From the NCBI GenBank assembly GCA_963793865.1, contig CAWCBP010000011.1, forward strand, positions 96,001-160,000: a stretch of DNA of 64,000 nucleotides. The letters run 5' to 3'. Shown here in pieces: positions 1-10,982 of the stretch. The notes beneath the pieces were generated by a model. It did no database searches. It saw nothing but the letters and a program-made list of their open reading frames with translations, and was not told the origin of the DNA. The DNA comes from an uncultured delta proteobacterium. Lineage in GTDB: Bacteria > Desulfobacterota > WTBG01. Every line of letters starts with the position of its first letter. Within the stretch, counting starts at the first letter, position 1. The position numbers were made by a program, and so were the translations under genes.

Positions 1-864
1 GGCGTGTTCAAGAACATGGAGGTGAACAGCAATCCCTGGGGTATCGGGCTGGCCAAGCGGGGCGACTGGGCAAAGGCGCTGGGGGTGAAGATATTGTCCG
101 AGTCGGAAGACAAGGATATTGATGTGCTCTATTACGTTGGCTGCTCCGGCTCTTTCGATGACCGCAACAAGAAGGTGGCCGCCTCTTTTGTTCAGATCCT
201 GCAGACGGCGGGAGTGCGCTTCGGCATCCTGGGCCCGGAGGAGAAGTGCTGCGGCGATTCCGCGCGCCGGATGGGAAACGAATACCTCTTCCAGCAGCTG
301 GCCCAGGAAAACATTGCCGCCATGCAGCAGTACGGCGTGAAGACGGTGGTGACCACCTGTCCCCACGGCTATAATATTATCAAGAACGAGTACCCTCAGC
401 TGGGCGGCGTTTTCCAGGTATATCACCACACCGAGTTCATCGCCCGCCTTGCGGCCGAGGGCAGATTGAAGCTCACCGGCGCATTAAACCACAGGCTGAC
501 CTTTCACGATTCCTGCTACCTCGGCCGGTACAACAGCATCTATGATCAGCCGCGGAAGGTGGTGGGGAGCATTCCCGGCATCACCCTGCAGGAGATGGAA
601 CGGAACCGCGAGCGGAGCTTCTGCTGCGGCGCCGGCGGCGGACGCATGTGGATGGAAGAACATCTGGGAACGAGAATCAACCACAGCCGCTTTGAAGACG
701 CGGTGAAGACCAAGGCGGACATGATCGGAACGGCATGCCCCTTCTGCCTCACCATGCTGGAAGACGCCACCAAGGACAAGGAGATGGAGGAATCCATCAG
801 GGTGCGTGATGTGGCGGAGCTGGTGGCGGAGTCGATGCATAAGCAAGAGAATACAACAACCTAG
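1..864 (+). CDS. CCG-domain Fe-S oxidoreductase (FadF/DUF224/HdrD-like), C-terminal part; 5'-truncated by window edge
   Basis: Two CCG domains (YVGC..EKCCG..TTCPHG; FHDSCYLGR..FCCGAGGG..TACPFC) and an NSNPWG motif; frame open from position 1. Confidence 0.85.
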   Translation, partial: GVFKNMEVNSNPWGIGLAKRGDWAKALGVKILSESEDKDIDVLYYVGCSGSFDDRNKKVAASFVQILQTAGVRFGILGPEEKCCGDSARRMGNEYLFQQLAQENIAAMQQYGVKTVVTTCPHGYNIIKNEYPQLGGVFQVYHHTEFIARLAAEGRLKLTGALNHRLTFHDSCYLGRYNSIYDQPRKVVGSIPGITLQEMERNRERSFCCGAGGGRMWMEEHLGTRINHSRFEDAVKTKADMIGTACPFCLTMLEDATKDKEMEESIRVRDVAELVAESMHKQENTTT

Positions 865-1767
865 TGCTTTTCGGGAAGCGTATGTTTGAAATGATCGGGC
901 GTTCATTCAGTGGCCGTTATATGTGCCGGGTTGCGTGCACGGTTGCTCTTGCGCTGTCGTGCCTTCTCGCTGCGCCGGGGGCATCCTCCGCTTACGAAAA
1001 TAAAGAGTGCCTGGCCTGCCACAGGGATTACGGGCGGGCGGCGGACAAGCTGCCGGAGAATGTTTCGAAACCTGTATGTGGACGAAGCGGCGTGGGAGAA
1101 GGACGTGCACTTCGAGGTGGCCGGCCTGACCTGCGATGATTGCCATGCGGACGCCAAACCGGAGACCCATCCCGCAGAGGGACTGCAAAAGGTAAACTGC
1201 GTCGAGTGCCACGAAGAGCAGGCGGAGGCTTATTATAAAACAGCACACTGGACGGCGGAAGTGCCGGAGGGAAAACAAAAACCGGACTGTTCCGATTGCC
1301 ATACCCCTCATGCCACGCGCTCCAAGGAAGACCCCGAATCCACAGTGTATAAGGGAAAGATCAAGGCAGTCTGCCTTTCCTGCCATGAGGACAGGGCAGC
1401 CTCGTTCAGTATTGCGAACCGGCTTTTGCTGTTCAGGATTTCGGCGCACCGGAAGTCTGATTTGGCAAACCCCTTTGACCGTTCCGAATGCATCAATTGC
1501 CACTTTTCAAAGGCCGTGGGGCACGGAACGGACCCGCTGACGGAAACTCACTGCGGCGAGTGCCATACCGATGAGGCCAAGGCGGGAAAGGCGGTTTTTG
1601 GGCCTTTTCACCTGGACCCGTCGCTCAAGGACCGGCCGATCGTCATGCTGATCCAGGTGGTCAATATACTCATTCTCCTTGCGCTGCTCGCGATGCTGGT
1701 CATCTGGCTGGCCAGGGGTTTTACCAAGCCGGCGGACGGCAAAACAGCGCAGGAGCCGGGAGGTTAG
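864..1767 (+). CDS. Exported multiheme cytochrome c (7 CxxCH) with C-terminal membrane anchor; apparent frameshift near 1070
   Basis: Signal peptide and CLACH in ORF 864..1139; CDDCH, CVECH, CSDCH, CLSCH, CINCH, CGECH and a hydrophobic helix in ORF 910..1767. Confidence 0.8.
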
Positions 1768-1777
1768 AAAAAAAGCT

Positions 1778-2254
1778 GTGTCATACCGGAGCCACACAAT
1801 TCGCCTGGTCATGATTATTGTTGCGCTGGTAGTGGTCTTTGCGCTGGTGCGGTCGTTCCTGATTCCGGAGTCCTTCGGCACCTACGGGCACTACCGGGGA
1901 GACAACCTGGCGGAACAGATGAACATGCCCTTGGTGCACCTGGAATCCGCCTTTTGCCGGGAGTGCCACCAGGAGCAGCACACGGCCTGGCAGGGAAGCA
2001 AGCACAGCGCGGTCAATTGCGAGGTCTGCCACGGCCACTGGGAGATTCATAACGGCAACCTCAAGACCATGACCGCGGTAAAAAGCAATGATGCCTGTCT
2101 GCTCTGCCATCAGGAGCTGACCGGACGGCCGGCAAGCGTATCCCAGATTAAAAACTTTGCCCTCCACCGTGCCGAGAAGGATGAAGGGAAGACCGGTGCG
2201 CAGACCTGTGTAGAATGCCACAACCCTCACGCGCCCCTGGAAACGGGTGCGTAA
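1778..2254 (+). CDS. Membrane-anchored tetraheme cytochrome c
   Basis: N-terminal TM helix; CRECH, CEVCH, CLLCH, CVECH; candidate GTG start downstream of GGAGG. Confidence 0.85.
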   Translation: MSYRSHTIRLVMIIVALVVVFALVRSFLIPESFGTYGHYRGDNLAEQMNMPLVHLESAFCRECHQEQHTAWQGSKHSAVNCEVCHGHWEIHNGNLKTMTAVKSNDACLLCHQELTGRPASVSQIKNFALHRAEKDEGKTGAQTCVECHNPHAPLETGA

Positions 2255-2286
2255 TGCGCCGTGCGGCGGATAAAACGCGGGACAAC

Positions 2287-3048
2287 ATGAAGAACATGGA
2301 CCGAAGAGATTTTTTGAAGACAGGCGGCAAGCTGTGCGCGGGAGGGCTGATTGTCTACACGGCTGAGCTTCTCCTGCCGCGGCTCGGGCGTTCAGCCAGG
2401 GGACCCGCCTACGACTGGGAGAAACATTTCTACGGATTCGTGGTGGACACCACCCTCTGCATCGGCTGCGGCCGGTGCGTCAAGGCCTGCAAGGGGGAAA
2501 ATGGCGTTCCCGACGGGTTTTACCGGACCTGGGTTGAGCGCTACCGCATTACCGAGCATGAGGAGGTGCTGGTGGATTCACCCCGCGGCGCCCTGGACGG
2601 ATTCACGGAGATCGAGTCCGAGGCGAAGGTGGTGAAGTCATTTTTCGTCCCCAAACTCTGCAACCAGTGCTCAAAGCCCAATTGCGTCCAGGTATGTCCC
2701 GTGGGGGCAACCTACCAGACGAAAGAAGGCGTCGTGCTGGTCGATGATAAATACTGCGTGGGATGCAGCTACTGCGTGCAGGCCTGCCCTTACGGGGCAC
2801 GCTACATAGATCACCATGGCAGGGGGGTGGCTGACAAATGCACCTGGTGTTATCACCGCCTGGTGAAGGGCCTGTCGCCGGCCTGTGTCCTGGCCTGCCC
2901 TGTCGGCGCGCGCAAGATCGGCGACCTGCGCGATCCGGCAAGCGAGGTAAGCATAATCTTGCGGGAAAAGCGGGTGAACGTCCTGAAGCCCGAAATCGGC
3001 AATGAGCCGCGGGCCTATTATCTGGGGCTGGACAAGGAGGTGCGCTAG
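2287..3048 (+). CDS. Tat-exported 4Fe-4S dicluster protein (NrfC/DmsB-like)
   Basis: DRRDFLK Tat motif; CIGCGRCVKAC, CNQC..CVQVCP, CVGCSYCVQACP, KCTWC..PACVLACP. Confidence 0.92.
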   Translation: MKNMDRRDFLKTGGKLCAGGLIVYTAELLLPRLGRSARGPAYDWEKHFYGFVVDTTLCIGCGRCVKACKGENGVPDGFYRTWVERYRITEHEEVLVDSPRGALDGFTEIESEAKVVKSFFVPKLCNQCSKPNCVQVCPVGATYQTKEGVVLVDDKYCVGCSYCVQACPYGARYIDHHGRGVADKCTWCYHRLVKGLSPACVLACPVGARKIGDLRDPASEVSIILREKRVNVLKPEIGNEPRAYYLGLDKEVR

Positions 3049-4224
3049 ATGCACGAAATAGCAACCCAGGGGTTTGCCTATCCCAATGAACTGCATGTGG
3101 CCTGGAGCGTGATGATCGCCCTCTATCCGTATATCACCGGTCTGGTTGCGGGAGCCTTCATTGTTTCCTCCCTCTACCACGTGTTCGGCGACAAGGACCT
3201 GAAACCGGTCGGCAACATGGCGCTGGTGGCGGCCCTCTGCTTCATCATGTTTTGCATGACCCCGCTGCTCTTTCATCTGGGGCAGCCCTTCAGGTGCTTT
3301 AACATCATGTTTACCCCCAACCTCATGTCGGCCATGTCCATTTTCGGCTATATCTGCTTCTTTTACATGGGCATCCTGATGGTGGAGATATGGCTGGTAT
3401 TCAGAGAGGACATCGTCAAGCGGTCAAAGGAAGGCTTCGTGGTCAAGCGCTGGTTTTACGCGCTGCTGGCGCTGGGAGTCACCGAGATGACCGATGAATC
3501 CCGTGCCCTGGACAAAAAAATCATCGGGGTTCTCGCCGCGGTGGGCATTCCCTCCGCCTGCATACTTCACGGGTATGTGGGATTCATCTTCGGCGCGGTC
3601 AAGTCGAATCCCTGGTGGTCGACGCCGCTCATGCCGCTCATCTTTCTTCTTTCCGCCATTGTCTCCGGCATCGCCGTATTGATACTGATGTACATGATCG
3701 CCATGAAGCTTACCGGAAGAGCAGTCAGCGTTCCCTGCATCCAGGCGCTCTGCAAGTACTTCTGGGGCTTCCTCATCGTTGATGTCACCCTGGAAGGGCT
3801 GGAGGTGCTCACCATGGGCTATGAGGGTGAGGAATCCTGGGGAATCCTTTCGCAGCTCATGACCGGGAAGCTGGCGTTCAGCTACATCTGGATACAGGGT
3901 ATTATCGGCTCCCTTATTCCGCTGGTTCTTTTGGGCATTGTTTCACTGCGGCCCCTGAATGATCGCACCAAAGTGCTTTTTGCCACATTCTCTGCGGTGC
4001 TGATTTTAATCCAGGTATTTGCCATGCGCTGGAATGTGGTCATCGGCGGCCAACTCTTCTCTAAAAGCCTGCGCGGGTTTACCGACTATAATCTTACCCT
4101 GCTCGGGAAAGAAGGCCTGCTGATGTCGCTTGTTCTCTTTTCCCTGCCCTTCATCACCTTTTATATCTGCACCCTGATTTTTCCCATCTTTAAGGATGCG
4201 GGTGAAGTCAAGTCAGGCAGCTGA
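3049..4224 (+). CDS. NrfD/PsrC-family quinone-interacting membrane subunit
   Basis: Polytopic; IALYPYITGLVAG, HLGQP, LHGYVGFIF, RWNVVIGGQ motifs; directly follows NrfC-like gene. Confidence 0.92.
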   Translation: MHEIATQGFAYPNELHVAWSVMIALYPYITGLVAGAFIVSSLYHVFGDKDLKPVGNMALVAALCFIMFCMTPLLFHLGQPFRCFNIMFTPNLMSAMSIFGYICFFYMGILMVEIWLVFREDIVKRSKEGFVVKRWFYALLALGVTEMTDESRALDKKIIGVLAAVGIPSACILHGYVGFIFGAVKSNPWWSTPLMPLIFLLSAIVSGIAVLILMYMIAMKLTGRAVSVPCIQALCKYFWGFLIVDVTLEGLEVLTMGYEGEESWGILSQLMTGKLAFSYIWIQGIIGSLIPLVLLGIVSLRPLNDRTKVLFATFSAVLILIQVFAMRWNVVIGGQLFSKSLRGFTDYNLTLLGKEGLLMSLVLFSLPFITFYICTLIFPIFKDAGEVKSGS

Positions 4225-4413
4225 GCTGACCCGGAAGGGTTTGAACGCCTATCAACATTTAAATGCTCCGCATCGTAACCCTCTGTCGTCGGTGCATCTG
4301 TTCCCGGTTTAAAGCTTGACAAATCAGCCTAACTCTTCTATAGATTTTTACAGGTTTACATCTGAGCATTTACCAGCCACAGGCTGGTTTTTCTCTCAGA
4401 CACATTCATAACC

Positions 4414-4465
4414 GGTAGGAGCGGCTTTAAGCCGCGAAAGTATCGCGCATGAATGCGCTCCTGCC
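4414..4465. repeat. GTAG-family REP inverted doublet
   Basis: ggtaggagcggctttaagccgcga ... tcgcgcatgaatgcgctcctgcc; relatives at 17721, 46541, 53123. Confidence 0.75.
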
Positions 4466-4648
4466 GAAATTTCAAATATGTTTGTTCAGATTTAAGCAGA
4501 AAGAGCTGTTCATACAATACGTAATTATACAGGGAGTCACTGTATGGAATGTATTGTGCCAGCAGGGGCAGCCTCAAGGGACAAATCATGAAATGCATGG
4601 TTTGTCTTATTTTTTTGTAACATTTTATAACCTGAAAGGAGGTTCATC

Positions 4649-7600
4649 ATGAATAAAAGAAAGGTGTTTTTAAGTTTGTTGGCTGTTCTGATGGTGTGCA
4701 GCTTTTTCTGTGCTGCTCCCGCCATGGCGGCCGGTGAGTCGGTAACGTTTACCTCCAACATCGGGGGATCCGCCCGCCACGGTATCATCTCCGGCAATTA
4801 CCTGTACAGCCTCATCGGCAGCAAGCTCTATGTCCACAATGTGAGTGATATAGCCAACCCGGTGCCGGTGGGCAGTTTGCCCCTGCCCGGCCAGGCCAGA
4901 AGAAGCGATATCAATGGCAACACGCTCTACATTGCCTGCAGCGAGGGCGGCCTGGTTGCGGTTGACGTGAGCGACCCGGCAAACCCGCAGCAGTTGAGTG
5001 ACACCACGTTTGACACCAGTGAGGAAATCACCAATACCTTTGATGTTGAGATCCGGGGCTCCCTCGCCTATGTCGCCGATTATAACGGGTTCTTCATCCT
5101 TGACATTACCAGCCCCTCCGCTCCCTCGGTTCGCGGTTCATACACCGCTTTTGAAGCCGAGAATCCCCATCTGTACGGAGTTCATATTAACGGCGACTAC
5201 GCTTATGTGTGCTGTGAGTTTGACGGCCTGTATATCTTCAACATAGCCAACCCGGCGGCCATTGCCGTGGAATCACATTATTCCGGATCGCCGGCGGACG
5301 GGCTGAGCAACCAGTATTACGACAGCATCCGTGAAGGGAATTACCTCTACCTGGGGGCAGGCGGCAACGGCTTTGCCATCCTCGACGTGAGTGACGTAAC
5401 CAGCCCGGGTTTCGTTTCATTGATCAACAACGACTACGGCGGCATTCTCGGTCTGGTCAAGTATGGCAACTATGTGTATCCGTTTTCCGAGTTTTACGAC
5501 CAGCCTGAAATTGATGTGTCGGACCCGGCAAATCCGGTGCAGACCGAGATCTTTGACGTGGGCGGGAACCACAGCCTGGGTATCAGCCTGAGCGGCGATT
5601 ACATGATACTGGCGAACTCGACATACGGCATACGCCTGCTGGACATCTCCGGTGCCACCATCACGCAAGTGGGGGCAGTGAGGACCATAGGCCGCGTCAT
5701 GGACTGCGAGGGCAGGGGAGACTATGCCTTCGTTGCCGCCGCGCAGAACGGCCTGCAGGTGCTTGACATGACCGATCCTTCCGCACCTACAGTTGCAGCG
5801 TCGTTTGCGCTTATGGGATATGCCAACGGGCTTGCGCTTGACGGTGATACTGCATACATTGCCCAGCTCACCGAAGAAGGGGCCAGCGGCGGGTTGCTCG
5901 AGATTGTGGATATCTCCAATCCACTAGCCCCGGTTTCAATCGGTTCTGTAGAGCTTGCCGGCGAGCCCAATGATGTGACCGTGCATGATGACATCGCGTA
6001 TGTCGCCGCACAGACGGAAGGGATTTTTCTGGTGGACGTGTCTAATCCGGAAAGCCCGTCAGTGATCACCGATTATAATTCCGGCGGCTCATGCCTGCGT
6101 CTACCCTGTGGGGCCAGTATATTATAGGCGCTGACGGCCTTTCCGGCTTTTTTGTGTTGAAGCCGGACGGAACCACGCTGCATAAAGTGGCCGGCGTGCT
6201 TGACCTCGGGGTGGTGCAGGACATTGCCGTGTGGGACACGGCGCTTTTCCTTCCCGGCACGGTTGCTGAAAAAGGGCTTTCCATTTATGATCTTACCCAG
6301 CCCTATGCGCCGGCGCCCCTCGCGCAGATTGAACAGCGTGACGGACAGAAACCAGGCGGGCCAGATAAAGGCGGTGGCGTTGAGGACAGCTATCTTATGG
6401 TTGCTGACTCGGTGGGCGGCCTCCGGCTGTTTAACATTGCAATCTCGCCAGTCCGGTGGAGCTTGCGCGCACGTTGCGCAGCATCCACGGCGATCCGGTG
6501 CGGGTGACCTATAGCCGTGAGCAGGGACTGGCTTATGTTCCTTCGCAGATAATCGGTTTGTATATTTATGATGTCGTACTGCCCGAACCTGCCGCCGTTA
6601 ATCTTGAAGGGCGCTGGATCGGCACCGGCACGGCGGAGGGATCGGCCATCGGCATATCCGCGGAACTCAACCAGGCCCAAGACCTGCTTGCCGGCACGGT
6701 AATGTTTTATAGGGGAGGACAACCGAAGACGCAGTGCCGTCAATACCACGGTGAGCGATTCAACCACCATTGCGATGTCATCGCCGGCGTAGTCCCGCGC
6801 GGGATTCCTCACTGATGTCCAGATGAGCTATGCCGGGATACGGGGATACGGCGATGTAAGCGACATGACTGCCGTGCTTGATGCTGCCGTGACCGCCCAG
6901 CTTGCTGCCACCCAAAGCCGGTGGAAAGAATCGGGTTGAACCTGGCCCAGCCATCCATTAAGAGAGCCCTTGCGGCAGAGGATTTGAGCAGCCAGCTTAC
7001 GGATCTTGCCTTTGCCGAACTTTTCATTTCGCTCACCCCGATGGGCGGCGCAGTCGCTCCGGCGGCTGTCTATATGAATGATGCGGCATTGCAGGAATCC
7101 TACGTCGCGCAGGCCATTGCCCAGAACCAGGTCGACGATATCTGCGCCGATTACGAACGCCAGTTGACTCGTCATGATGATCGCGGCGACCGGGCAATGA
7201 CCGGCGCGGCAACAAGGAATGGTGCCGCCGCGCTGTCCGCCCTCAGCAGGGCAAACCGCCAGTATGAAGCTGTATCGGAAGCCTACCTTGAAAACAAGCC
7301 GAACTGCCCGGAGTGGGGCATAGCCACCTTTGACGGCTACTACGAAGGAACCGTCAACTTTCTGGGCATCATCAGCGGCATTTTCAAGGTCTGCGCGGAT
7401 GAGGATGAGGCGGGCGCCATAACCGGCGATGTTTTCATAGAGATTGAAGCGTCCGGTGAATACATGGGCGGGCCCATAACCGAGGCGACCAACAGCACCG
7501 CTACCGGTATCAGCGTGGTTAACGGCGTTTTCACCGTCCAGATAGGCGATCTTACAGTGCCGATTTTAATCCAGGAATGGAAGTACGATCCCGCCGCTGA

Positions 7601-7727
7601 CACGTGGATCGGCAAGATTTATGTCGAGGCCCAGAAGACGACCGGTAACATCACCCTCAAGCGCAGTCCGATATATGCCCCGAAGGGTGGAATGCAAAAC
7701 CCATGTAAGAGAAGTTGGCAGGTTTAG
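4649..7727 (+). CDS. Secreted LVIVD-repeat (beta-propeller) protein with unknown C-terminal region, about 1000 aa, split by several apparent frameshifts
   Basis: Signal peptide; repeated YAYVA..GL.IxDVSDPxxP units continuing through ORFs 4649, 6091, 6456 and 6921; AAGGAGG RBS. Confidence 0.8.
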
Positions 7728-7754
7728 TATAGTAGTCTGAAGTTAATTGAGAGG

Positions 7755-7801
7755 CCGGACCACGCTGGCGGTTTACATGTTGAGCGTGGTCCGGTTTTTT
7801 T
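7755..7801 (+). terminator. Rho-independent terminator
   Basis: ccggaccacgct / agcgtggtccgg stem followed by a T tract. Confidence 0.8.
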
Positions 7802-7862
7802 GTGTTGTTGGATTTAGGATTCATATTTCATGATGCAGGCTTAAAAAGCGGGGCATCTGGGG

Positions 7863-7935
7863 AGAGGGACGCCCTTAAATTTCTAATATTCATTTTGCAG
7901 TTTACACAAACTTAGATATTTAAGGGCGTCCCTCT
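7863..7935. repeat. 24-bp inverted repeat (23/24 match)
   Basis: agagggacgcccttaaatttctaa ... ttagatatttaagggcgtccctct. Confidence 0.85.
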
Positions 7936-8029
7936 TTTACTTCCTTAAAAGCCCCGGGAATTAACCTTGCCATTTCGCAGTAATTGTAATAGGTTGGAAG
8001 AAGTGTGAACAGGCAACATACAGGATGCA

Positions 8030-8160
8030 TAGTGCAGGGTTCATGATACAAGTGGAAAGAATTTTCACAGGCTGCCAGGTCCTTTCCAGTAACCTGCAAC
8101 GTGCAACATGTAACTTGCAACCTTCTTTTCGTGCATCCTGTATCGTGCGTCATGGGCCAT
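8030..8160. repeat. Degenerate 7-bp tandem repeats in inverted arrangement
   Basis: caggatg catagtg cagggtt catgata; gtaacct gcaacgt gcaacat gtaactt gcaacct; gtgcatc ctgtatc gtgcgtc; tacaggatgca/tgcatcctgta inverted pair. Confidence 0.7.
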
Positions 8161-8183
8161 CAAACATTCCCTCCTGAGATGCC

Positions 8184-10832
8184 ATGGAAGTCATAACCAC
8201 CCATGTCAACGCGGACTTTGATGCCTTTGCCTCCATGGTGGCGGCGAAGAAGCTCTACCCTGATGCGGTGGTGGCATTTGCCGGGAGCCAGGAAAAAAGC
8301 CTGCGCGACTTCTTCCTCACCTCCGCCTACTATGCCTTCAAGTGGGAAAAGCTCAAAAACATCGATTTGAAAAAGATCACCCGGCTCATCCTGGTGGACA
8401 TCCGCCAGAAAAGCCGCATCGGGCAATTTGCCAGGGTTGCTGACCGGCCTGATGTTGATCTGCACATTTACGATCACCACCCCCCGGCGGATGATGACCT
8501 GCGCGGCTCCGTGGAAGTGGTGCAGGAGGTCGGGGCCACGACGACCGTTTTGTGCGGGCTGCTCAAGAAGAAAAAGATAGACATTCAGCCGGAAGAAGCA
8601 ACCATCATGATGCTCGGCATTTATGAGGACACCGGCAACCTTACCTTTCCCTCCACTACCAGGGAGGATTACCTGGCGGCGGCATATCTCAAGTCGAAAG
8701 GGGCGGACCTCAACCTGATCAGCGACATCCTGGTCAAGGGATTTACCGCCGAGCAGATTGCACTCTTGAACGAGCTGGTCGAGTCGGCTGCCACGTACCA
8801 AATCAACGGCATTGACGTGGTCGTGGCCAAGGTGTCCAGCAAGACCTATGTGAGCGATTTTGCCGTGCTGGTCCACAAGCTGCGGGAGATGGAGCGCTGC
8901 GATGTCTTGTTTGTGCTTGCCCGCATGGAGGACAGGGTTTACCTGGTGGCACGGAGCCGGAATCCTGAAGTGGATGTGGGCGACATCGCCAAGGAGTTCG
9001 GTGGGGGAGGGCACAGCAGCGCCGCCTCGGCAACCATACGGGATCAAACGCTGGTCCAGGTGGAGGAAAAGTTAAAGACCATTTTGCACAGCACCATTTC
9101 CCCTCCCCGGGTGGCGCGGGATTTCATGTCCTACCCGGTCAAAACGGTTGATGCCTCGGAAACCCTGAGCAGGGCCGGGCAGGTGCTTACCCGTTACAAC
9201 ATTAATGTGTTGCCGGTTCTGAAGGACGGGCAGCTTGCCGGACTGATATCGAGGCAGGTGATTGAAAAGGCGGCGCATCACGGCCTCAAGGACCTTCCGG
9301 TGGAAGAATATATGGTCAGGGAATTTTCCACCGTGGGTCCGCAAACCCCCTGGCCGTCCATTCAGCAGATCATCATCGAAGGCAACCAGCGGTTTCTCCC
9401 GGTCATCCAGAAGGGCAAGCTGATTGGAGGCATTACCCGGACCGATCTGCTGCGCGTGCTCCATGCTGATTTGGCCGAGGAGCCCCGGTATCTCTTCGAA
9501 GAGGGGGCGTATGCCTCGCGCAAGCAGAACAAGCTGATGGTAAACCAGCTGGAAGAGCACCTGCCGCCGCAGATGGTCCGCATGCTGCGGGAGCTGGGGG
9601 AAACCGCCGAAGCGATGGGAATGAATGCGTACATCATCGGTGGTTTTGTGCGGGATATTTTCCTGCGCCGTGACAACCTGGACGTCGACCTGGTCATTGA
9701 AGGGGACGGCATTGCCTTCGCGCAGAGAGTGGCCGCGCAGCACAAAGTGAAGGTGAAGGTGCACAGGACCTTCGGAACGGCGGTGCTCAGCCTTCCCGGC
9801 GGTTTCAAGGTGGACGTGGCCAGCGCGCGGCTGGAGTATTACGAGCGACCGGCGGCCCTGCCCCAGGTGGAGATGAGCTCCATCAAGCTTGATCTCTACC
9901 GGCGCGATTTTACCATCAACACCCTGGCCATCAGGCTCAACCCCGCCTACTTCGGGGAGCTGATCGATTTTTTCGGGGCGCGAAAGGACATCAAGGAAAA
10001 AACCATCCGGGTGATCCACAATTTGAGCTTTGTGGAGGACCCCACCCGGATATTGCGGGCAATCCGCTTCGAGCAGCGCTTCGGGTTCCATCTGGGCAAG
10101 CTCACCCAGAGCCTGATCGAAAACGCGGTCAAGTTTAATTTTCTGGAGCGGCTGGACGGGCGGCGCCTGCTTGCGGAGCTGATGCTCATGCTGCAGGAGG
10201 AAGAGGTGATCTTGAACCTTGAGCGGATGCAGGCGCTGTCGGTGCTTTCCTGCATCCATCCCGCGCTTACGTTTGACAGGGCGCGTAAGGCCCTGTGCGA
10301 AAGAGTCAAAGAGGCCATCAGGTGGTATGAGCTCTCCTTTCTGGAGGACGGCTACGCCCAGTGGAAAATATACTTTATGGCCTTAATCGACGGATTGTTG
10401 AAAAGCGAGGTGGTGAACGTGTGCCGGCGTCTCTTTTTCAGCGAAAAGGAGGGGCGGGAACTACTCGCCAACCGTGAGCAGATAAAGAACGTCCTGGTAA
10501 AAATGGCGCGGCGAAAAACGCTCGGCACCAGCGAGCTCTACCACCTCCTGAAGCCCCTCTCCGCGGAATGCCTCATCTACCTGATGGGCAGGGTCACCAG
10601 GAGAGAGGCGCAGAAGGCCATCTCAACCTTTGTGACCCACCTGCGGCACACCGCCATTGAAACCGGGGGGGAGGATTTGAAGAAGCTGGGACTCCAGCCC
10701 GGCAGGCTCTACAAGAAAATTCTGGAGAGCCTGCTTGATGCCCGGCTCGAAGGAAAGGTCCAGACCAAGGCCGACGAACTGGACTATGTGCAGAGGCACT
10801 TTTTAAGCGGCGGCTCCGCTCATGCTGATTGA
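8184..10832 (+). CDS. tRNA nucleotidyltransferase with DHH/DHHA1 and CBS domains (likely A-adding type)
   Basis: ADFDA, YDHH, GGGH; CBS pair; GGFVRD..DVDLV, DLYRRDFTIN, EDPTRILRAIRF. Confidence 0.9.
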   Translation: MEVITTHVNADFDAFASMVAAKKLYPDAVVAFAGSQEKSLRDFFLTSAYYAFKWEKLKNIDLKKITRLILVDIRQKSRIGQFARVADRPDVDLHIYDHHPPADDDLRGSVEVVQEVGATTTVLCGLLKKKKIDIQPEEATIMMLGIYEDTGNLTFPSTTREDYLAAAYLKSKGADLNLISDILVKGFTAEQIALLNELVESAATYQINGIDVVVAKVSSKTYVSDFAVLVHKLREMERCDVLFVLARMEDRVYLVARSRNPEVDVGDIAKEFGGGGHSSAASATIRDQTLVQVEEKLKTILHSTISPPRVARDFMSYPVKTVDASETLSRAGQVLTRYNINVLPVLKDGQLAGLISRQVIEKAAHHGLKDLPVEEYMVREFSTVGPQTPWPSIQQIIIEGNQRFLPVIQKGKLIGGITRTDLLRVLHADLAEEPRYLFEEGAYASRKQNKLMVNQLEEHLPPQMVRMLRELGETAEAMGMNAYIIGGFVRDIFLRRDNLDVDLVIEGDGIAFAQRVAAQHKVKVKVHRTFGTAVLSLPGGFKVDVASARLEYYERPAALPQVEMSSIKLDLYRRDFTINTLAIRLNPAYFGELIDFFGARKDIKEKTIRVIHNLSFVEDPTRILRAIRFEQRFGFHLGKLTQSLIENAVKFNFLERLDGRRLLAELMLMLQEEEVILNLERMQALSVLSCIHPALTFDRARKALCERVKEAIRWYELSFLEDGYAQWKIYFMALIDGLLKSEVVNVCRRLFFSEKEGRELLANREQIKNVLVKMARRKTLGTSELYHLLKPLSAECLIYLMGRVTRREAQKAISTFVTHLRHTAIETGGEDLKKLGLQPGRLYKKILESLLDARLEGKVQTKADELDYVQRHFLSGGSAHAD

Positions 10833-10982
10833 CAGGCCCCGGTTAATCTGATAAATACTGTGACCGTTGATCTCCGGCCGGCCTGGCGGAGGGGCGATTG
10901 AAGCGTACCGGTTATCGATATGACGGAAGCGCGCGGGGACGGATCCGGCTTTTGAGCGCGCGGCTGCCTGTCAGGGGAGAAG

